This document shows positions 31,236 to 43,394 of a DNA stretch of 64,000 bases, piece by piece (position 1 is the stretch's first letter; each line of letters starts with the position of its first letter). The stretch is taken from positions 40,756 through 104,755 of the forward strand of contig CAVPJI010000004.1 of the NCBI GenBank assembly GCA_963705215.1, written 5' to 3'. The notes beneath the pieces are model-generated. The model made no database searches. It was not told where the DNA came from and worked only from the letters and a program-made list of their open reading frames with translations. The position numbers and the translations under genes were made by a program. This DNA is from an uncultured Chloroflexia bacterium. GTDB taxonomy: Bacteria; Chloroflexota; Limnocylindria; Limnocylindrales; CSP1-4.

Positions 31236-31715
31236 TCAGGCGATCGAGGCGCCGCCGCTCGGGGGGCCCGCTGGGCGGGCCACGGTCATCGACTGCCTGA
31301 CGTTGAGCACGAGACCGCAGTTCCCGCAAGTCGGCACCTGGGCCTGCCTCTCTACCCGGCACATCGGGCAGACGACCGCGAGGTCCTCGCCGTCGTCCGA
31401 GCGGGCCGTGCCGGACGGGTACGCGAGGCCCGTGCGCAGCGAGAAGGGGAGGCCGACCGGCGCGATCAGGGCGCCCTGTGCGTCGCGCTCGAGGGCGCGC
31501 GGGCCCGCCTCCCAGGTGACCCGCGGGCGCGGCTTGGTTATCCCGAAGGTTGTCCAGGCCCCGCCGCTCGCTGCCAGGTAAAGAAGGACGAGCGGGGCCA
31601 GCAGCAATGGGATGAGGAGGATGAGGGCGTTCCAGTCGGGGCTGAGGATCTTCGCCAGGAGGTCGAGGAAGTCCGTCCACGCCTGCTCGAGCGTCGCCCA
31701 GATGTCTCCGGTCAT
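31236..31715 (-). CDS. hypothetical membrane protein with C-terminal zinc ribbon
   Basis: C-terminal 159 aa of a longer ORF. TM helix (ILLIPLLLAPLVLLYL), then CPMC..x8..CGNCG. Confidence 0.5.
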   Translation of the reverse strand: MTGDIWATLEQAWTDFLDLLAKILSPDWNALILLIPLLLAPLVLLYLAASGGAWTTFGITKPRPRVTWEAGPRALERDAQGALIAPVGLPFSLRTGLAYPSGTARSDDGEDLAVVCPMCRVERQAQVPTCGNCGLVLNVRQSMTVARPAGPPSGGASIA

Positions 31716-31765
31716 GGGCGGCATTCTAGCGGCCCCGCAGATCCCCGCCGGCTGGTGTGCCGGGG

Positions 31766-32590
31766 TCAGGCCCAGGGCCGGAGCGGTCTCAGGAACCCAG
31801 CGATGAGCGCGGCGAGCTCGGCCGGCTGCTCCATCCCAACCAGGTGGGCCACCCCGGGCAGGATCACCGATCGGGCATCGGGGGCGTGCTCCTGGAGGTG
31901 GTTGGCCGTCTCCGCAACGTCCGAGATGTCGAGGGCGCCGGCGATGGCGAGCACGGGGCAGCGGAGATCGGCGAGTCGCTCGGACGCCGGCGGATGGAGG
32001 CGAATCGGCCGGCCGAAGACGTGACCCGGCGCGGAGAGGACCAGGCTTGTCTCGCGGATCTGCGTCGCGATCCACGCCGGGGCGCGCCCTGCCGGCTGTC
32101 CCGGCCCGTCGACCCAGATGCGCACGTTGATCTCGACGATCGCGCCGGCGTCCTTCGGCTCGGCCTCTTCGAGGCGCTCCATCTCGTCGAGCAAGGCGAT
32201 CTCGTAGGGCGCCAGATGCCCTTCGAACCCGCCGAGGCCGGCCCCGACGCCGACGACGGCAACGACGCGGTCCGGGAACTCGATGGCCGCGTCGAAGGCG
32301 ATCTGCCCGCCTCGGCTGTTGCCGACCAGCGCCGCCCGCTCGATGCCGAGCGCGTCGAGGACCGCGACGAGGTCGGCCCGGTTCGAGTAGTCGACGTCGT
32401 CGGTGGTGGAGCGACCCCAGCCGCGCGCGTCGTAGCGGACGGCCCGGTGGCCGGCAGCCACGAGATGCGGGACGAGGTGATCCCACGCGCGCAGGTCCAC
32501 GATGCCGGCATGGAGCAGGACGACCGGCGGGCCGGCCCCGTCCGCGATGACGAAGAGCCGGCCTCCCGGTACCGTGACGAAGCGCTCCAA
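31766..32590 (-). CDS. alpha/beta hydrolase fold protein
   Basis: TTG start with GGGAGG 9 nt upstream. HAG-x oxyanion motif (LLHAG) and nucleophile elbow GNSRGG. Confidence 0.65.
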   Translation of the reverse strand: MERFVTVPGGRLFVIADGAGPPVVLLHAGIVDLRAWDHLVPHLVAAGHRAVRYDARGWGRSTTDDVDYSNRADLVAVLDALGIERAALVGNSRGGQIAFDAAIEFPDRVVAVVGVGAGLGGFEGHLAPYEIALLDEMERLEEAEPKDAGAIVEINVRIWVDGPGQPAGRAPAWIATQIRETSLVLSAPGHVFGRPIRLHPPASERLADLRCPVLAIAGALDISDVAETANHLQEHAPDARSVILPGVAHLVGMEQPAELAALIAGFLRPLRPWA

Positions 32591-32624
32591 GCCCAGCCTC
32601 CCAGGTGGCGACAGGTTTGGCGGA

Positions 32625-33890
32625 TCAGGTCGGGACGTGCGCTCCCGGCTCGCGCTCCTCGATCGCCCAGTGGATTCCCCAGCGGTCCATGGCCGCCATG
32701 AACGGGTCCGGATCAAGCTGCTCGGGGACGTAGACACCGGCGCCGCCCCACTCGCCGCGGGCCAGCAGCTCGAGGCCCAGGACCGGGTTGAAGCCGGTCT
32801 GGTAGCCGACGGCCTGGAGCCCGAACGCGGCCCAGCATTCCTCGCCGACGGTCTTCTGGTAGATGTAGACCTCGCGTGGAGCGCCGTCCTTGCGGCCGAT
32901 GGCCCACGTCCCGACGATGGCCCGGCCCTTCATCCGCGCGCCGTGCTTGGCCGGGTCGGGCGTGAGGGCCATGACGACGTCGCGCGGGGCGACCTGGACG
33001 CCCTTCACCGTGATCGGCTTCGTCGAATCGAGGCCGATGGTGTGGAGGACCTCGAGGATGTTGATGAAGTCGGCGCCGAGGGCGTACTTGAAGGTCGCCT
33101 TCTTGACCTCGGGGATCCCGCGCGGGATGAGGACGACCTCCTCGTGCTCGACGTTGACGCACTCCACCGGGCCGATCCCCTCCGGGAAGACGAAGGCCTC
33201 GACACCGGAGAACGGCTCGGTCGTGTAGTGGCCGCCCCGCGCGGAGTCCCAGATGAGCGGCGGGTTGAGGCACTCCTCGATCGTCGTCCAGATGCTGAAG
33301 ACGGTGGCGAAGGCGTAGCCCTCGATGTACAGGTCGCCGCCGTCGCGGACGTGGAGCTCATCGATCTCGTCGAAGAGGTGCTTGCGGGCATAGGCGGCGA
33401 AGAGGTCGGTCAGGCCCGGGTCCATCCCCAGGCCCAGGATCGCCAGGCGTCCGGCGGTCTTCCACGTCTCGTGCTGCGGGAACTGGTAGTCCCCGAGCTT
33501 CACGCCCGGAGTGGTGTACGGGCTGGTCGGGTGCGGCTCGGACAGGCTGACCGCCATGTCCAGGTAGTCGACCCCGGCGGCGAAGGCGCCGTCGAAGATC
33601 GTCGGGACGAAGCGCGGATCCGCCCCGTTGACGACAATGTCGACCCCATGCTCGCGGGCCAGCTGCGCCACGAGCTCCGGCTTCCCGGCGTCGACGAAGG
33701 CCGCGGGGAACCGGGCGGTCGCCGGCGCGTCCGCCGCTCCTCCCCCCAGTCGCGCCTGGACCAGGCGCGCCCGCTCGACGTCGTAGTCCGCCAGGACCAT
33801 CGTGTCGAGCCAGGGGGCGTCGGCACTGAGCTTGGCGATCGCCTCACCCACTGTCCCCACCCCGACGAGGAGCACCTTGAGCTGCTTCAC
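32625..33890 (-). CDS. saccharopine dehydrogenase family NAD(P)-binding protein
   Basis: GTG start with GGAGGT RBS. N-terminal Rossmann (VLLVGVGTVG) and a saccharopine dehydrogenase C-terminal domain. Confidence 0.8.
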   Translation of the reverse strand: MKQLKVLLVGVGTVGEAIAKLSADAPWLDTMVLADYDVERARLVQARLGGGAADAPATARFPAAFVDAGKPELVAQLAREHGVDIVVNGADPRFVPTIFDGAFAAGVDYLDMAVSLSEPHPTSPYTTPGVKLGDYQFPQHETWKTAGRLAILGLGMDPGLTDLFAAYARKHLFDEIDELHVRDGGDLYIEGYAFATVFSIWTTIEECLNPPLIWDSARGGHYTTEPFSGVEAFVFPEGIGPVECVNVEHEEVVLIPRGIPEVKKATFKYALGADFINILEVLHTIGLDSTKPITVKGVQVAPRDVVMALTPDPAKHGARMKGRAIVGTWAIGRKDGAPREVYIYQKTVGEECWAAFGLQAVGYQTGFNPVLGLELLARGEWGGAGVYVPEQLDPDPFMAAMDRWGIHWAIEEREPGAHVPT

Positions 33891-34019
33891 GGAAGACCTC
33901 CGCCGCTGGATGCCGTAGGCGTGGACGCGCGCGGCTAGCGTGCCACGTTGCGGGGGCGGCCGGCACGGCGGTTGCGCGGGACGCGGCAGCCCGGGCCCGA
34001 GTGTTCCGCCCCGCGAGAC

Positions 34020-34607
34020 TCAGGGGCGCGGATGGCCGCGCTTCGGGTTGCCGGTCTTCTTCGTGGCGCCCCGCCCGGGGTTCCACCGCGGCGCGTCACG
34101 GTCGTCGTCCCGATTGGCGGCCGTCCCGGCCGGCGAGTTTGCGGCGGGCGGGGGCTTCGGCCGGCCGGCCGCGGGAGCCACGAGCCGCTGCCGATCCAGC
34201 CGCCCGGCCAGCCACGACCCGTGGGCCGTCCGCGCGCCGAGCCTTCGGAGCGCCCGGCCCAGCTCGATGTCGTCCGTCACGACGAGGGTCAGCTCGGGGT
34301 TCGGGGTCGTCCGGGCCAGGTCGTGGAGCAGGACGTCGGCCGACCGGGAGCCCGCGTAGCGCACCTCGACGCCGGAGGTGACCCGTCGGCCCATCGCCCC
34401 CGGAGCCGGCATCCCGTCGAGCACGATCGTCACCGCGGTGGTCGCCGGGACGAGCGCGCGCAGGCGCCCGACCAGGGCGGCCGCCGGGAGCGGCGTCCCG
34501 TCGGCCGGCGCACCTCCGCGGGCGCGCCCGAGGGCGTGGAGGAGGTTGGTGCCGTCGACAAAGAGACGGGCGGTGCCCTCGAGCGGATCGGGCGCGGATC
34601 GTGGCAT
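34020..34607 (-). CDS. NYN/YacP-like PIN-fold RNA-binding (putative RNase) domain protein
   Basis: LFVDGTNLLH motif and a YacP-like NYN layout. Internal ATG start. Confidence 0.6.
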   Translation of the reverse strand: MPRSAPDPLEGTARLFVDGTNLLHALGRARGGAPADGTPLPAAALVGRLRALVPATTAVTIVLDGMPAPGAMGRRVTSGVEVRYAGSRSADVLLHDLARTTPNPELTLVVTDDIELGRALRRLGARTAHGSWLAGRLDRQRLVAPAAGRPKPPPAANSPAGTAANRDDDRDAPRWNPGRGATKKTGNPKRGHPRP

Positions 34608-34722
34608 GCGCTGATGGTACGCGCCCACTCGCCAGGGGCCCGGTCGCGCGGCCCGGGCCGGGCCGCGCCGTTCTCGCGGGCCGATCGGCGCCCTCTCCGG
34701 CCGGGCACGGTACGCTTTCGCC

Positions 34723-35601
34723 ATGCTGCTCCTCGTCGACCTCGACGGCGTCGTCTACCGGGGCGCCGCGCCGATCCCGGGCGTGGCGGCCGTCCTCGCC
34801 GATCGCGCGGCTCGCGGTGACACCGTCGTCTACGTGACGAACAACTCGATGCACTACCGCGCCGACTACGTCACGCGGCTCACCGCTCTGGGTGCGCCGG
34901 TGACGGCGGACCGGGTCGTGAGCAGCGCCAGGGCGACCGCCCTCTACCTGGCGGGACCGGCCATGGACCCCCCGGTCCGTCGCGTCCTTGCCGTCGGCGC
35001 GGGCGGCCTGGAGCGGGAGTGCCGCGACGCGGGCCTCGACGTGGTCACGGCCGCGGACGCCGCGACCCGTGGGGCGCAGGAGGGACTCGACGGCTGGGAG
35101 GCTGCCGGGCACCCCGACGCCGTCGTGGTTGGGCTGGATCCCCAGTTCACGTACCAGAAGCTCGCGATCGCAGTGGATTGCGTTCAGCACGGATCACGGT
35201 TCGTGGCCACGAACCGTGATCCCCTCTATCCGACCGAGCGCGGCACGCGGCCCGGGGCGGGCACGATCGTCGCCGCCGTCGAGGCTGGGTCGCAGGTGAC
35301 GCCGGTCGCGATCGGCAAGCCGGCCACCCACCTCCTGGAGATGGCGATCGGGAGCGCCGGCCTGGACCGCGCCGAGACGGTGATGATCGGCGACGGCCTG
35401 GCCACGGATCTCGCCGCGGCCGACGGGCTGGGGATCCCCTGCATCCTGATGCTGACGGGGGTGACGACGCGGGCCCAGGCGGAGGCGCTGCCGGCCAACG
35501 AGCGACCGGCGGCGATGGCGAATGACGCGGCCGAGCTGGCGACTGCCCTCGACCGCATGGCCGCAACCCTCGACCAGCCGGCGACGTCGCGCAGGAGGTA
35601 G
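34723..35601 (+). CDS. HAD-superfamily hydrolase, subfamily IIA (NagD-like)
   Basis: Motif I LVDLDGVVY and a HAD-IIA C-terminal motif (IGDGLATD). Confidence 0.75.
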   Translation: MLLLVDLDGVVYRGAAPIPGVAAVLADRAARGDTVVYVTNNSMHYRADYVTRLTALGAPVTADRVVSSARATALYLAGPAMDPPVRRVLAVGAGGLERECRDAGLDVVTAADAATRGAQEGLDGWEAAGHPDAVVVGLDPQFTYQKLAIAVDCVQHGSRFVATNRDPLYPTERGTRPGAGTIVAAVEAGSQVTPVAIGKPATHLLEMAIGSAGLDRAETVMIGDGLATDLAAADGLGIPCILMLTGVTTRAQAEALPANERPAAMANDAAELATALDRMAATLDQPATSRRR

Positions 35602-35603
35602 AC

Positions 35604-36557
35604 ATGCCCACGATCCTCGTCACTGGCGCCTCCGGTTTCGTGGGCAGTCACGTCGTCCCGGAGCTGCTGGGGAGTGGCCACCGCGTGGCCGCCCTCGTCC
35701 GCGCGCCGGAGGCCGGCGACACCGTGCTGCGCCGGCTCCCCGCCGCTCTCGCGTCCCAGGTCGAGCTGCGCACGGGGGACGTCACCGAGCCGGCCACCCT
35801 GCCGGCGGCCCTGGCCGGCGTCGATGCTGTCGTGCACCTCGTCGCCCTCCCTCGCGACTGGAACGGCGGGGCGGACCTGCTGCGCGTCAACCTCGGCGGC
35901 ACGGAGAACGTGCTCGCGGCCATGCAGCAGGCAGGCGTCCGGCGCCTCGTCCATCTCGGCGCCCTCGGTGTCGCCGACCGCGAGGAGCTCAACTACGCGA
36001 AGAGCAAGGCGCGCGCAGAGGCGGCCGTACGCGCCAGCGGCCTCGACTGGACGATCCTGAAGCCCTCGCTCCTCTTCGGGCCGGGCGACGGCTTCTTCAA
36101 CATCGTGGCCGGCCTGGTCCGGGTGCCGGTTCCGCTCGTCCCCGTGCCGGGCAACGGGATGAGCCGCTTCCAGCCTCTCCACGTGGGCGACCTCGCCCGC
36201 TGTGCGCGCCTGGCCCTCGAGCGCCCCGAGACGGTCGGCGCGGCCTTCGAGCTGGGCGGCCCGCGGACCTGGACCTACCGCGAGATCACCGGGGAGGTGG
36301 CCCGCGCGCTCCGCAAGCGACGCCGCGTGGTGCCCATGCCGCTGCCCCTCATCCACCTGGCGGCCGGCACGATGGAGGCGCTCCATCTCCGCTTCTTCCC
36401 CGTCGCGACCGACCAGCTGCGCCAGCTCGCGCTCGACAACGTGGGGCCGCTCGACGGCGTCCAGCGCGCCTTCGGCTTCGCTCCCCGCACAATGGAGGGC
36501 GAGCTCCTCTACCTGCGCCGTCCGAAGCAGCAGCAGGAGCCCACGCCCGCCGCGTGA
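35604..36557 (+). CDS. NAD(P)H-binding atypical SDR (NmrA/complex I NDUFA9-like) protein
   Basis: RBS AGGAGG. N-terminal VTGASGFVGSHVV Rossmann motif. Confidence 0.7.
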   Translation: MPTILVTGASGFVGSHVVPELLGSGHRVAALVRAPEAGDTVLRRLPAALASQVELRTGDVTEPATLPAALAGVDAVVHLVALPRDWNGGADLLRVNLGGTENVLAAMQQAGVRRLVHLGALGVADREELNYAKSKARAEAAVRASGLDWTILKPSLLFGPGDGFFNIVAGLVRVPVPLVPVPGNGMSRFQPLHVGDLARCARLALERPETVGAAFELGGPRTWTYREITGEVARALRKRRRVVPMPLPLIHLAAGTMEALHLRFFPVATDQLRQLALDNVGPLDGVQRAFGFAPRTMEGELLYLRRPKQQQEPTPAA

Positions 36558-36575
36558 GGCGGGCAGGGAGGTCCG

Positions 36576-37520
36576 GTGCTTCGTCGCACGCTCGTCACCG
36601 TCGCCTGGCTCGCAGCCGCGGTCGCCGTCGCCCTCGGCGCGGCCGGGCTCGTCGCGGCGATCGACCACCTTCCCGGGGGCACCGGCCGTCCCGAGCTGAC
36701 CTGGACCGCGGACCGGGCCGTCGCGAGCGACCTCGACGCCGCCTCGGCCGAGCTGACGGCCCTGGCGGAGGCCGTCGGGGTCCTCGGCGGCCACGGGCGC
36801 ACGGCCCTGGCCACCCTGGTGGGTCGCGACGCCCCGGCGCTGACAGCGGCGCTCGACGCGGGCACGGCCCAGCTCGACGTCCTCGACGCCGCGGCCGCCC
36901 GGCTGGTGGACCGGCTGGCGTCGATCCCGCTGGGCGAGGCGGATCGCACGATGCGGTACTCACCGGGCATGCTCGCCCGCTATGACGCCGCCGTCGCGGC
37001 CCTGGCGTCCCTCGATCCGCTCCGGCCGGCGTGGGAGCGCCTCGGCGCCGGCGTGGTGCCGGCCACCGAGCTCACCGAGCACCTGCTGGCCCACGACCGG
37101 ATTGCCGCGACGGCGATCCAGTCCGGCGGGGCGGGCAACTATGCCAGGGCGATTGCGCGCATCGACAAGGCTGCGGCGGAGCTGGCGGCGGCCCGGGTGA
37201 TCCGCGATCGCCTGGCGGCCACGATCGACGTCGGCACGCTCGACGAGTGGCTCGCGCGCAACGTGGCCTATGACGATGCCCTGCGCGGGCTGTGGGACGC
37301 CCTGCGCCGCTCGAAGGGGCGCGTGACCGACGCCGTCCGCGAAGCCGCCGCCGGGGAGAGGGCTGCTCGGGAGCTTCTGCCCCCCGACGCCCGGGCCCTC
37401 GTCGTCATCCTCGGCGACGTGGCCCGCGGCGGCCTCAACCAGGCGGTCATCGCCATTGAGGAGGCCCGCGGCCGACTGCTGGAGGCCGGCGTTCGCGTCG
37501 GGGGCCCGCCGGCGCCCTGA
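36576..37520 (+). CDS. hypothetical secreted/membrane-anchored protein
   Basis: GTG start with GGGAGG RBS. N-terminal signal/anchor. Ala/Leu-rich helical protein with no recognizable domain. Confidence 0.45.
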   Translation: MLRRTLVTVAWLAAAVAVALGAAGLVAAIDHLPGGTGRPELTWTADRAVASDLDAASAELTALAEAVGVLGGHGRTALATLVGRDAPALTAALDAGTAQLDVLDAAAARLVDRLASIPLGEADRTMRYSPGMLARYDAAVAALASLDPLRPAWERLGAGVVPATELTEHLLAHDRIAATAIQSGGAGNYARAIARIDKAAAELAAARVIRDRLAATIDVGTLDEWLARNVAYDDALRGLWDALRRSKGRVTDAVREAAAGERAARELLPPDARALVVILGDVARGGLNQAVIAIEEARGRLLEAGVRVGGPPAP

Positions 37521-37605
37521 GCGCGCGTAGACTGGCCCCGGCCTGCCGGATTCCGGCCGGCCTCCATTGCCACTGCCAGCAACCACGACAGGAGCCGTCA
37601 CTCGC

Positions 37606-39114
37606 ATGCAGCTGCGCGTCGTCACCGACCAGCCCTGGGACGTCGAGGCCGACGTCCTGGCCATCCCCGTCACCCCCGACCCCGTCTTCGACGGCCCGCT
37701 CGGCGAGCTCGATCGGCGCTCCGGCGGCGAGCTCCGCGCCCAGGCCGCCTTCGGCGAGCTCACCGGGACGCGGTTCGCGACCGCCGTCGCCGCGGCCGGC
37801 GACCTGCCCGCCCGACGCCTGCTCACCGTCGGGACGGGTCCGCTCGGCGACCTGGACCGGGAGACGGTCGTTCACCTTGGAGCGACCATCGAGCGCCGCC
37901 TCGGCGGTCGCCCGGTGCGTGCGCTCGCGATCTGGCTCGCCGACCTCGGCGGCGCCCTTGACGGCGGCGCGGCGGCGATCGCCGAGCTGCTGGCGCGCGG
38001 CGTCGTCGAGGGGAGCTACGATCCGGCGGCTCAGTACCGCGCCGCGCCGGAGGCGTCCCCGCCCGCGCTCGACCAGCTGATCCTCGTCGCCCCGGGAGCC
38101 GACCCCACGACGCTCGCCGCCGCCGCCGCGCGCGGCGTCATCATGGGTGAGGGGTCGAACCTGGCCCGGAGCCTGGCCAACCGGGCCGCCAACGACGTCA
38201 GCCCCGAGGTCCTCGCGGACGAGGCCCGCGCGATCGCCGCCGCCCACGGCCTTTGGATCGACGTCATCGACGAGGTCCGCGCGGCGGAGCTCGGGATGGG
38301 CATGTTCCTCGCGGTCGGCCGCGGCAGCGCCAACCCGCCGCGCATGATCGTGATGCGCTCCGGCGGCGAAGGCGAGAAGGACGCTCTTGGGCGCCACCTG
38401 GCGCTGGTCGGGAAGGGCGTCTGCTTCGATTCCGGTGGCATCTCCATCAAGCCGGCCGACCGGATGGAGGAGATGAAGACGGACAAGACGGGCGCCTGCA
38501 CCGTGCTGGCCGCTGCCGCGACCGTCGCCCGCCTGGCCCCGGGCACGCCCCTCCTGGTGGTGGCCCCCGCGGTCGAGAACATGCCCGGCCCGTATTCCAC
38601 CCGTCCCGGCGACATCGTGACCGCCCTCAACGGCAAGACCGTGGACGTGATCAACACGGACGCCGAGGGGCGCCTCATCCTCGGCGACGCGATGACCTAT
38701 GCGGAGCGCCTCGGGGCGACCCACATCGTGGACGTGGCCACGCTCACGGGCGCGGTCGCCCGGGCGTTCGGACACCTGGTGAGCGGCGGATTCGGTGCCC
38801 CGCAGGCCTGGTACGACGAGGTCGCGGCGGCCGCGGTCCTGGCGGGCGAGCGGTTCTGGCAGCTGCCGCTCGTCGAGGAGTACTGGCAGGAGATGGAGAG
38901 CTGGTACGCGGACATGTCGAACGTCGGCTCGTCGGCCGAGGGCGGCCTGATCCGCAGCGCGCTCTTCCTGCGCCAGTTCGTGACGGTGCCCTGGGTGCAC
39001 CTCGACATCGCCGGCACGGCGATGTTCCGGAAGGCCACGCCGTGGGGTGCCCGCGGCGCCACGGGCGTGGCGACGGCGACGCTCGTGGAGCTGGCGCTGG
39101 CCGGGGCGCGCTAG
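37606..39114 (+). CDS. pepA: leucyl aminopeptidase (M17 family)
   Basis: M17 motif NTDAEGRL and conserved catalytic Lys/Asp/Glu blocks. Confidence 0.85.
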   Translation: MQLRVVTDQPWDVEADVLAIPVTPDPVFDGPLGELDRRSGGELRAQAAFGELTGTRFATAVAAAGDLPARRLLTVGTGPLGDLDRETVVHLGATIERRLGGRPVRALAIWLADLGGALDGGAAAIAELLARGVVEGSYDPAAQYRAAPEASPPALDQLILVAPGADPTTLAAAAARGVIMGEGSNLARSLANRAANDVSPEVLADEARAIAAAHGLWIDVIDEVRAAELGMGMFLAVGRGSANPPRMIVMRSGGEGEKDALGRHLALVGKGVCFDSGGISIKPADRMEEMKTDKTGACTVLAAAATVARLAPGTPLLVVAPAVENMPGPYSTRPGDIVTALNGKTVDVINTDAEGRLILGDAMTYAERLGATHIVDVATLTGAVARAFGHLVSGGFGAPQAWYDEVAAAAVLAGERFWQLPLVEEYWQEMESWYADMSNVGSSAEGGLIRSALFLRQFVTVPWVHLDIAGTAMFRKATPWGARGATGVATATLVELALAGAR

Positions 39115-39117
39115 GGC

Positions 39118-39795
39118 GTGGAGCAGCCCGTCCTCGTCGCGGGCCTCGCCATCGCCGGGGCGGCGTGGGGACTCGCCGCCGACCGGATCGGCGCTCGCTG
39201 GCCGGTCCACGAGGACGAGATCGACGAGGCGGGCACGATTGTCCTGCCGGGTGGCTGGGTCCGCCCGGTCGACTGGCGGACGATTGTCGTCGTCCTCCTC
39301 GGCAGCGCGTCGCTCGGGGCGCTCGGTGTCCGGTTCACGGACCCGGTCCCGCTCGCGGTCTTCGGGGCCTTCTTCGCGGCCCTGACCCTGCTCCTCGCAA
39401 CGGACCTGGACCAGCGGCTGCTGCCCGACGTCATCACCCTGCCCGCGATCCCGATCGCCCTGGTGATCGACGTCGCGGGGGCGAACCCGCTGGTCCCGCC
39501 CGGGGCGCTGCCCGGCGCCATCCTGGCCGCGGTCGCCATCCCGGCCGTCCTGTTCGCCGTGGCGATCCCGTTCGGGGCCGGGGCCATCGGGATGGGCGAC
39601 CTCAAGCTGCTCGTGTCGGTCGGGCTCCTGGCCGGCCTGGCCCGGGCGGTCACCGGGGTGGTGGTGGGAGCTCTCGTCGCCGGGGTCGTCCTCGCGATCC
39701 TCCTCGCGGCACGCCGGATCACGCTCCGGACCTACGTCCCATTCGGGCCGTTCCTGATCATCGGGGCGTACTGGGCAGTCCTGGTTGCCCTCTGA
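39118..39795 (+). CDS. prepilin peptidase (A24 family; CpaA/TadV-like, lacking N-terminal zinc-finger)
   Basis: Polytopic membrane protein with the catalytic Asp motif GMGDLKL and a second Asp in the first loop. Confidence 0.65.
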   Translation: MEQPVLVAGLAIAGAAWGLAADRIGARWPVHEDEIDEAGTIVLPGGWVRPVDWRTIVVVLLGSASLGALGVRFTDPVPLAVFGAFFAALTLLLATDLDQRLLPDVITLPAIPIALVIDVAGANPLVPPGALPGAILAAVAIPAVLFAVAIPFGAGAIGMGDLKLLVSVGLLAGLARAVTGVVVGALVAGVVLAILLAARRITLRTYVPFGPFLIIGAYWAVLVAL

Positions 39796-39962
39796 CCCGG
39801 TCGTCCGGGTGGTGGTCCGGAAGGTGAGGAGTAGAATGCGGGCCAGCCGGGTCGTCCCGAGGCGTGCCCCTTCGGACGGCGACGCACCGGCGGGAAGGAC
39901 ACCGCCATGGCGCGCCGACGCGCCCAACGGAGCACCGCTCGCACGATGACGACGCCAACCTG

Positions 39963-41348
39963 ATGCGCCGCCCCGCCCCATCCCGCGCCGCGGGATGGAC
40001 ACCGCGCCGCCCTCTCATCGCCCTGCCGGGCCGCCCGTGGGGCATCCCGGGGCGCCTCCTCGTGGCGCTCCTCGTGCTCCCGTTGGTGGTCGGCATCGCC
40101 GGCCCGCCCCCTGCTCGCGGCGACCAGCTCTCCGATGCGGTGGCCCGCCAGAAGGCGCTGGCGGCCCGGGTCAAGCAGCAGCGCGAGCAGGTGGCGAAGC
40201 TGCGAGATCTCCAGGGTGGCCTTGCCCAGGAGATCGCCTCCACGAAGACCGCCCTCGCCGGCATCAACGCGAATCTCGAGGATACCCGGGCCCGGATCAC
40301 CCGCATCGCGGCGAAGATCAAGGAGGCTCGTGTCGTCTACGGTGATCTCGTCGCCCAGGTGGGCCTGCTCGACCGCCAGGTGGGGGCAATCGAGGAGGAG
40401 CAGGGCGAGAAGGCCGAGGAGCTGCGCCAGCGCAAGGCGGTCCTCGCCGCGCGCCTGCGCGAGGCCTATCGCACCGAGCGGACGCCGTTCGTGCAGACGA
40501 TCCTCTCGTCCGGGACGTTCACGGATCTGCTCCAGGACGTGAGCTCCTACCTCGACCTCGGCGAGCAGGACCGGGCCCTGGCCACCCGCATCGAGGGGGA
40601 CGCTCGCACGCTGGAGGCACTGCGGGGCCTCCTCGTCGACACGCGTTCGGCCCGCCAGGAGCTGCGTGACGAGACGCTCGCCCGCAAGCGCGACCTCGAC
40701 GCCGGGCTGGTCGAGCTCAAGGCCGCCAAGGCTCGCCTCGTGGAGCTACAGGCCGAGACTGCCGAGGCGCTCGCGGTCCAGCGGGCCGCCTTCGCCAAGA
40801 TGGCCCGGAACTCCGGCGCGCTGCGCGTGGCGATCGCCCGTGACGTGGCCGCCCAGAAGAAGCTGGCGGGCCAGATCGCGTCGCTCGTCGCCCGCCAGCG
40901 CAGCCTCGGCAACATCCCCTCGGAGTACAACGGCACGCTCTCCTGGCCCATGGGCGCCACGATCACCCAGGAGTTCGGCTGCACCGGGTTTGGCTGGGAG
41001 CCGGCGATCGGGAGCTGCGCCCACTTCCACCAGGGGATCGACCTGGCGGCCCCGATGTACACCCCGATCCGCGCCGCTGGAGCCGGGGTCGTCGTCTTCG
41101 CAGGGCCCAACCCCTACGACCCGTACCCGAAGGCCTGGATCGTGATCATCGCCCACAGCGAAACGCTCCAGACCTGGTACGCCCACATCGACAACGCGGT
41201 CAACCCGCCGGTCGTGGCGGCCGGCGACACGGTCGTGGGGGGCGAGATCATCGCCTACATCGGGATGACCGGCCGGTCCACCGGGCCCCACCTTCACTGG
41301 GCCGTGGTCTACAACGACGCCTTCGTGAACCCGCGCCTCTTCGTCTGA
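39963..41348 (+). CDS. M23 family peptidoglycan metalloendopeptidase with N-terminal coiled-coil
   Basis: Signal/TM, ~250 aa of coiled coil, then an M23 domain (Hxxx[14 protein letters not shown]). Confidence 0.75.
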   Translation: MRRPAPSRAAGWTPRRPLIALPGRPWGIPGRLLVALLVLPLVVGIAGPPPARGDQLSDAVARQKALAARVKQQREQVAKLRDLQGGLAQEIASTKTALAGINANLEDTRARITRIAAKIKEARVVYGDLVAQVGLLDRQVGAIEEEQGEKAEELRQRKAVLAARLREAYRTERTPFVQTILSSGTFTDLLQDVSSYLDLGEQDRALATRIEGDARTLEALRGLLVDTRSARQELRDETLARKRDLDAGLVELKAAKARLVELQAETAEALAVQRAAFAKMARNSGALRVAIARDVAAQKKLAGQIASLVARQRSLGNIPSEYNGTLSWPMGATITQEFGCTGFGWEPAIGSCAHFHQGIDLAAPMYTPIRAAGAGVVVFAGPNPYDPYPKAWIVIIAHSETLQTWYAHIDNAVNPPVVAAGDTVVGGEIIAYIGMTGRSTGPHLHWAVVYNDAFVNPRLFV

Positions 41349-41436
41349 CGCCCGCCGGGAGCGGCCGGGAGCGCGTGGTAGCATCGGACCCCGGAGCATC
41401 CCGACCCACCTGAAGCCCCGGGCGTGAGGAAGGCCG

Positions 41437-42734
<1,298 letters not shown>

Positions 42735-42738
<4 letters not shown>

Positions 42739-43250
42739 GCGCGGCCGCGCCGACGCCGGCGACGGTCGAGGGCTGGCTGGCCGAGCTCGGGCTGAGCCCG
42801 CCGGAGCGCCTCGTACGCGAATCCGTCGCGTCGTGGGATCTCTGGCTCGACGGACGCCGCCGCTTCGACATCCGGGTGACGGTGATCATGGACCCGGCGA
42901 CGGCCGCCGTCGTCTGGGCCCACCTCGCGCCGCCGATCGCCCACACGTTCCGCGTCTCGTATCGCCGTCTCCTGCGCTGGAACGACGAGCTCCCGTTCGT
43001 CAAGTTCGCCCTCACCGATGACGACCGCCCGGTGCTCACCGTGGAGATCCCGCTCGACCGCCTCGACCGCGACGAGCTGGGCGTTGCGGTCGCTCGCGTC
43101 CTCCTGGTCTGCGACCTGCTCCTCGAGGAGGTTGCGGGGTGGGCCTGGGTGGCCGGGCGGATCCCCGACTGGAGCGGGCGGGCGAGCCGTCAGGGCGGGC
43201 TCTTCGCGCGCTACGCGGACCGTCTCGGCGAGCTGGCTGGCCCGCGCTGA
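42735..43250 (+). CDS. YbjN domain-containing protein (T3SS-chaperone-like putative regulator)
   Basis: GTG overlapping the glgC stop. About 170 aa with a YbjN-like pattern. Confidence 0.5.
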
Positions 43251-43394
43251 GCCCCGCTGCGCCTGCGTTGCGCCGTCCCGGCGGCGCCGTCCGGTCCGCG
43301 CCGAGCTGCCCTGCTAGGATCGGAAGATGCGGCTCCAGCCCCACCGCCCCTTCCGCGAGATCCTGACCGTCGATCCGGCGGACCGGAGGGCGAC

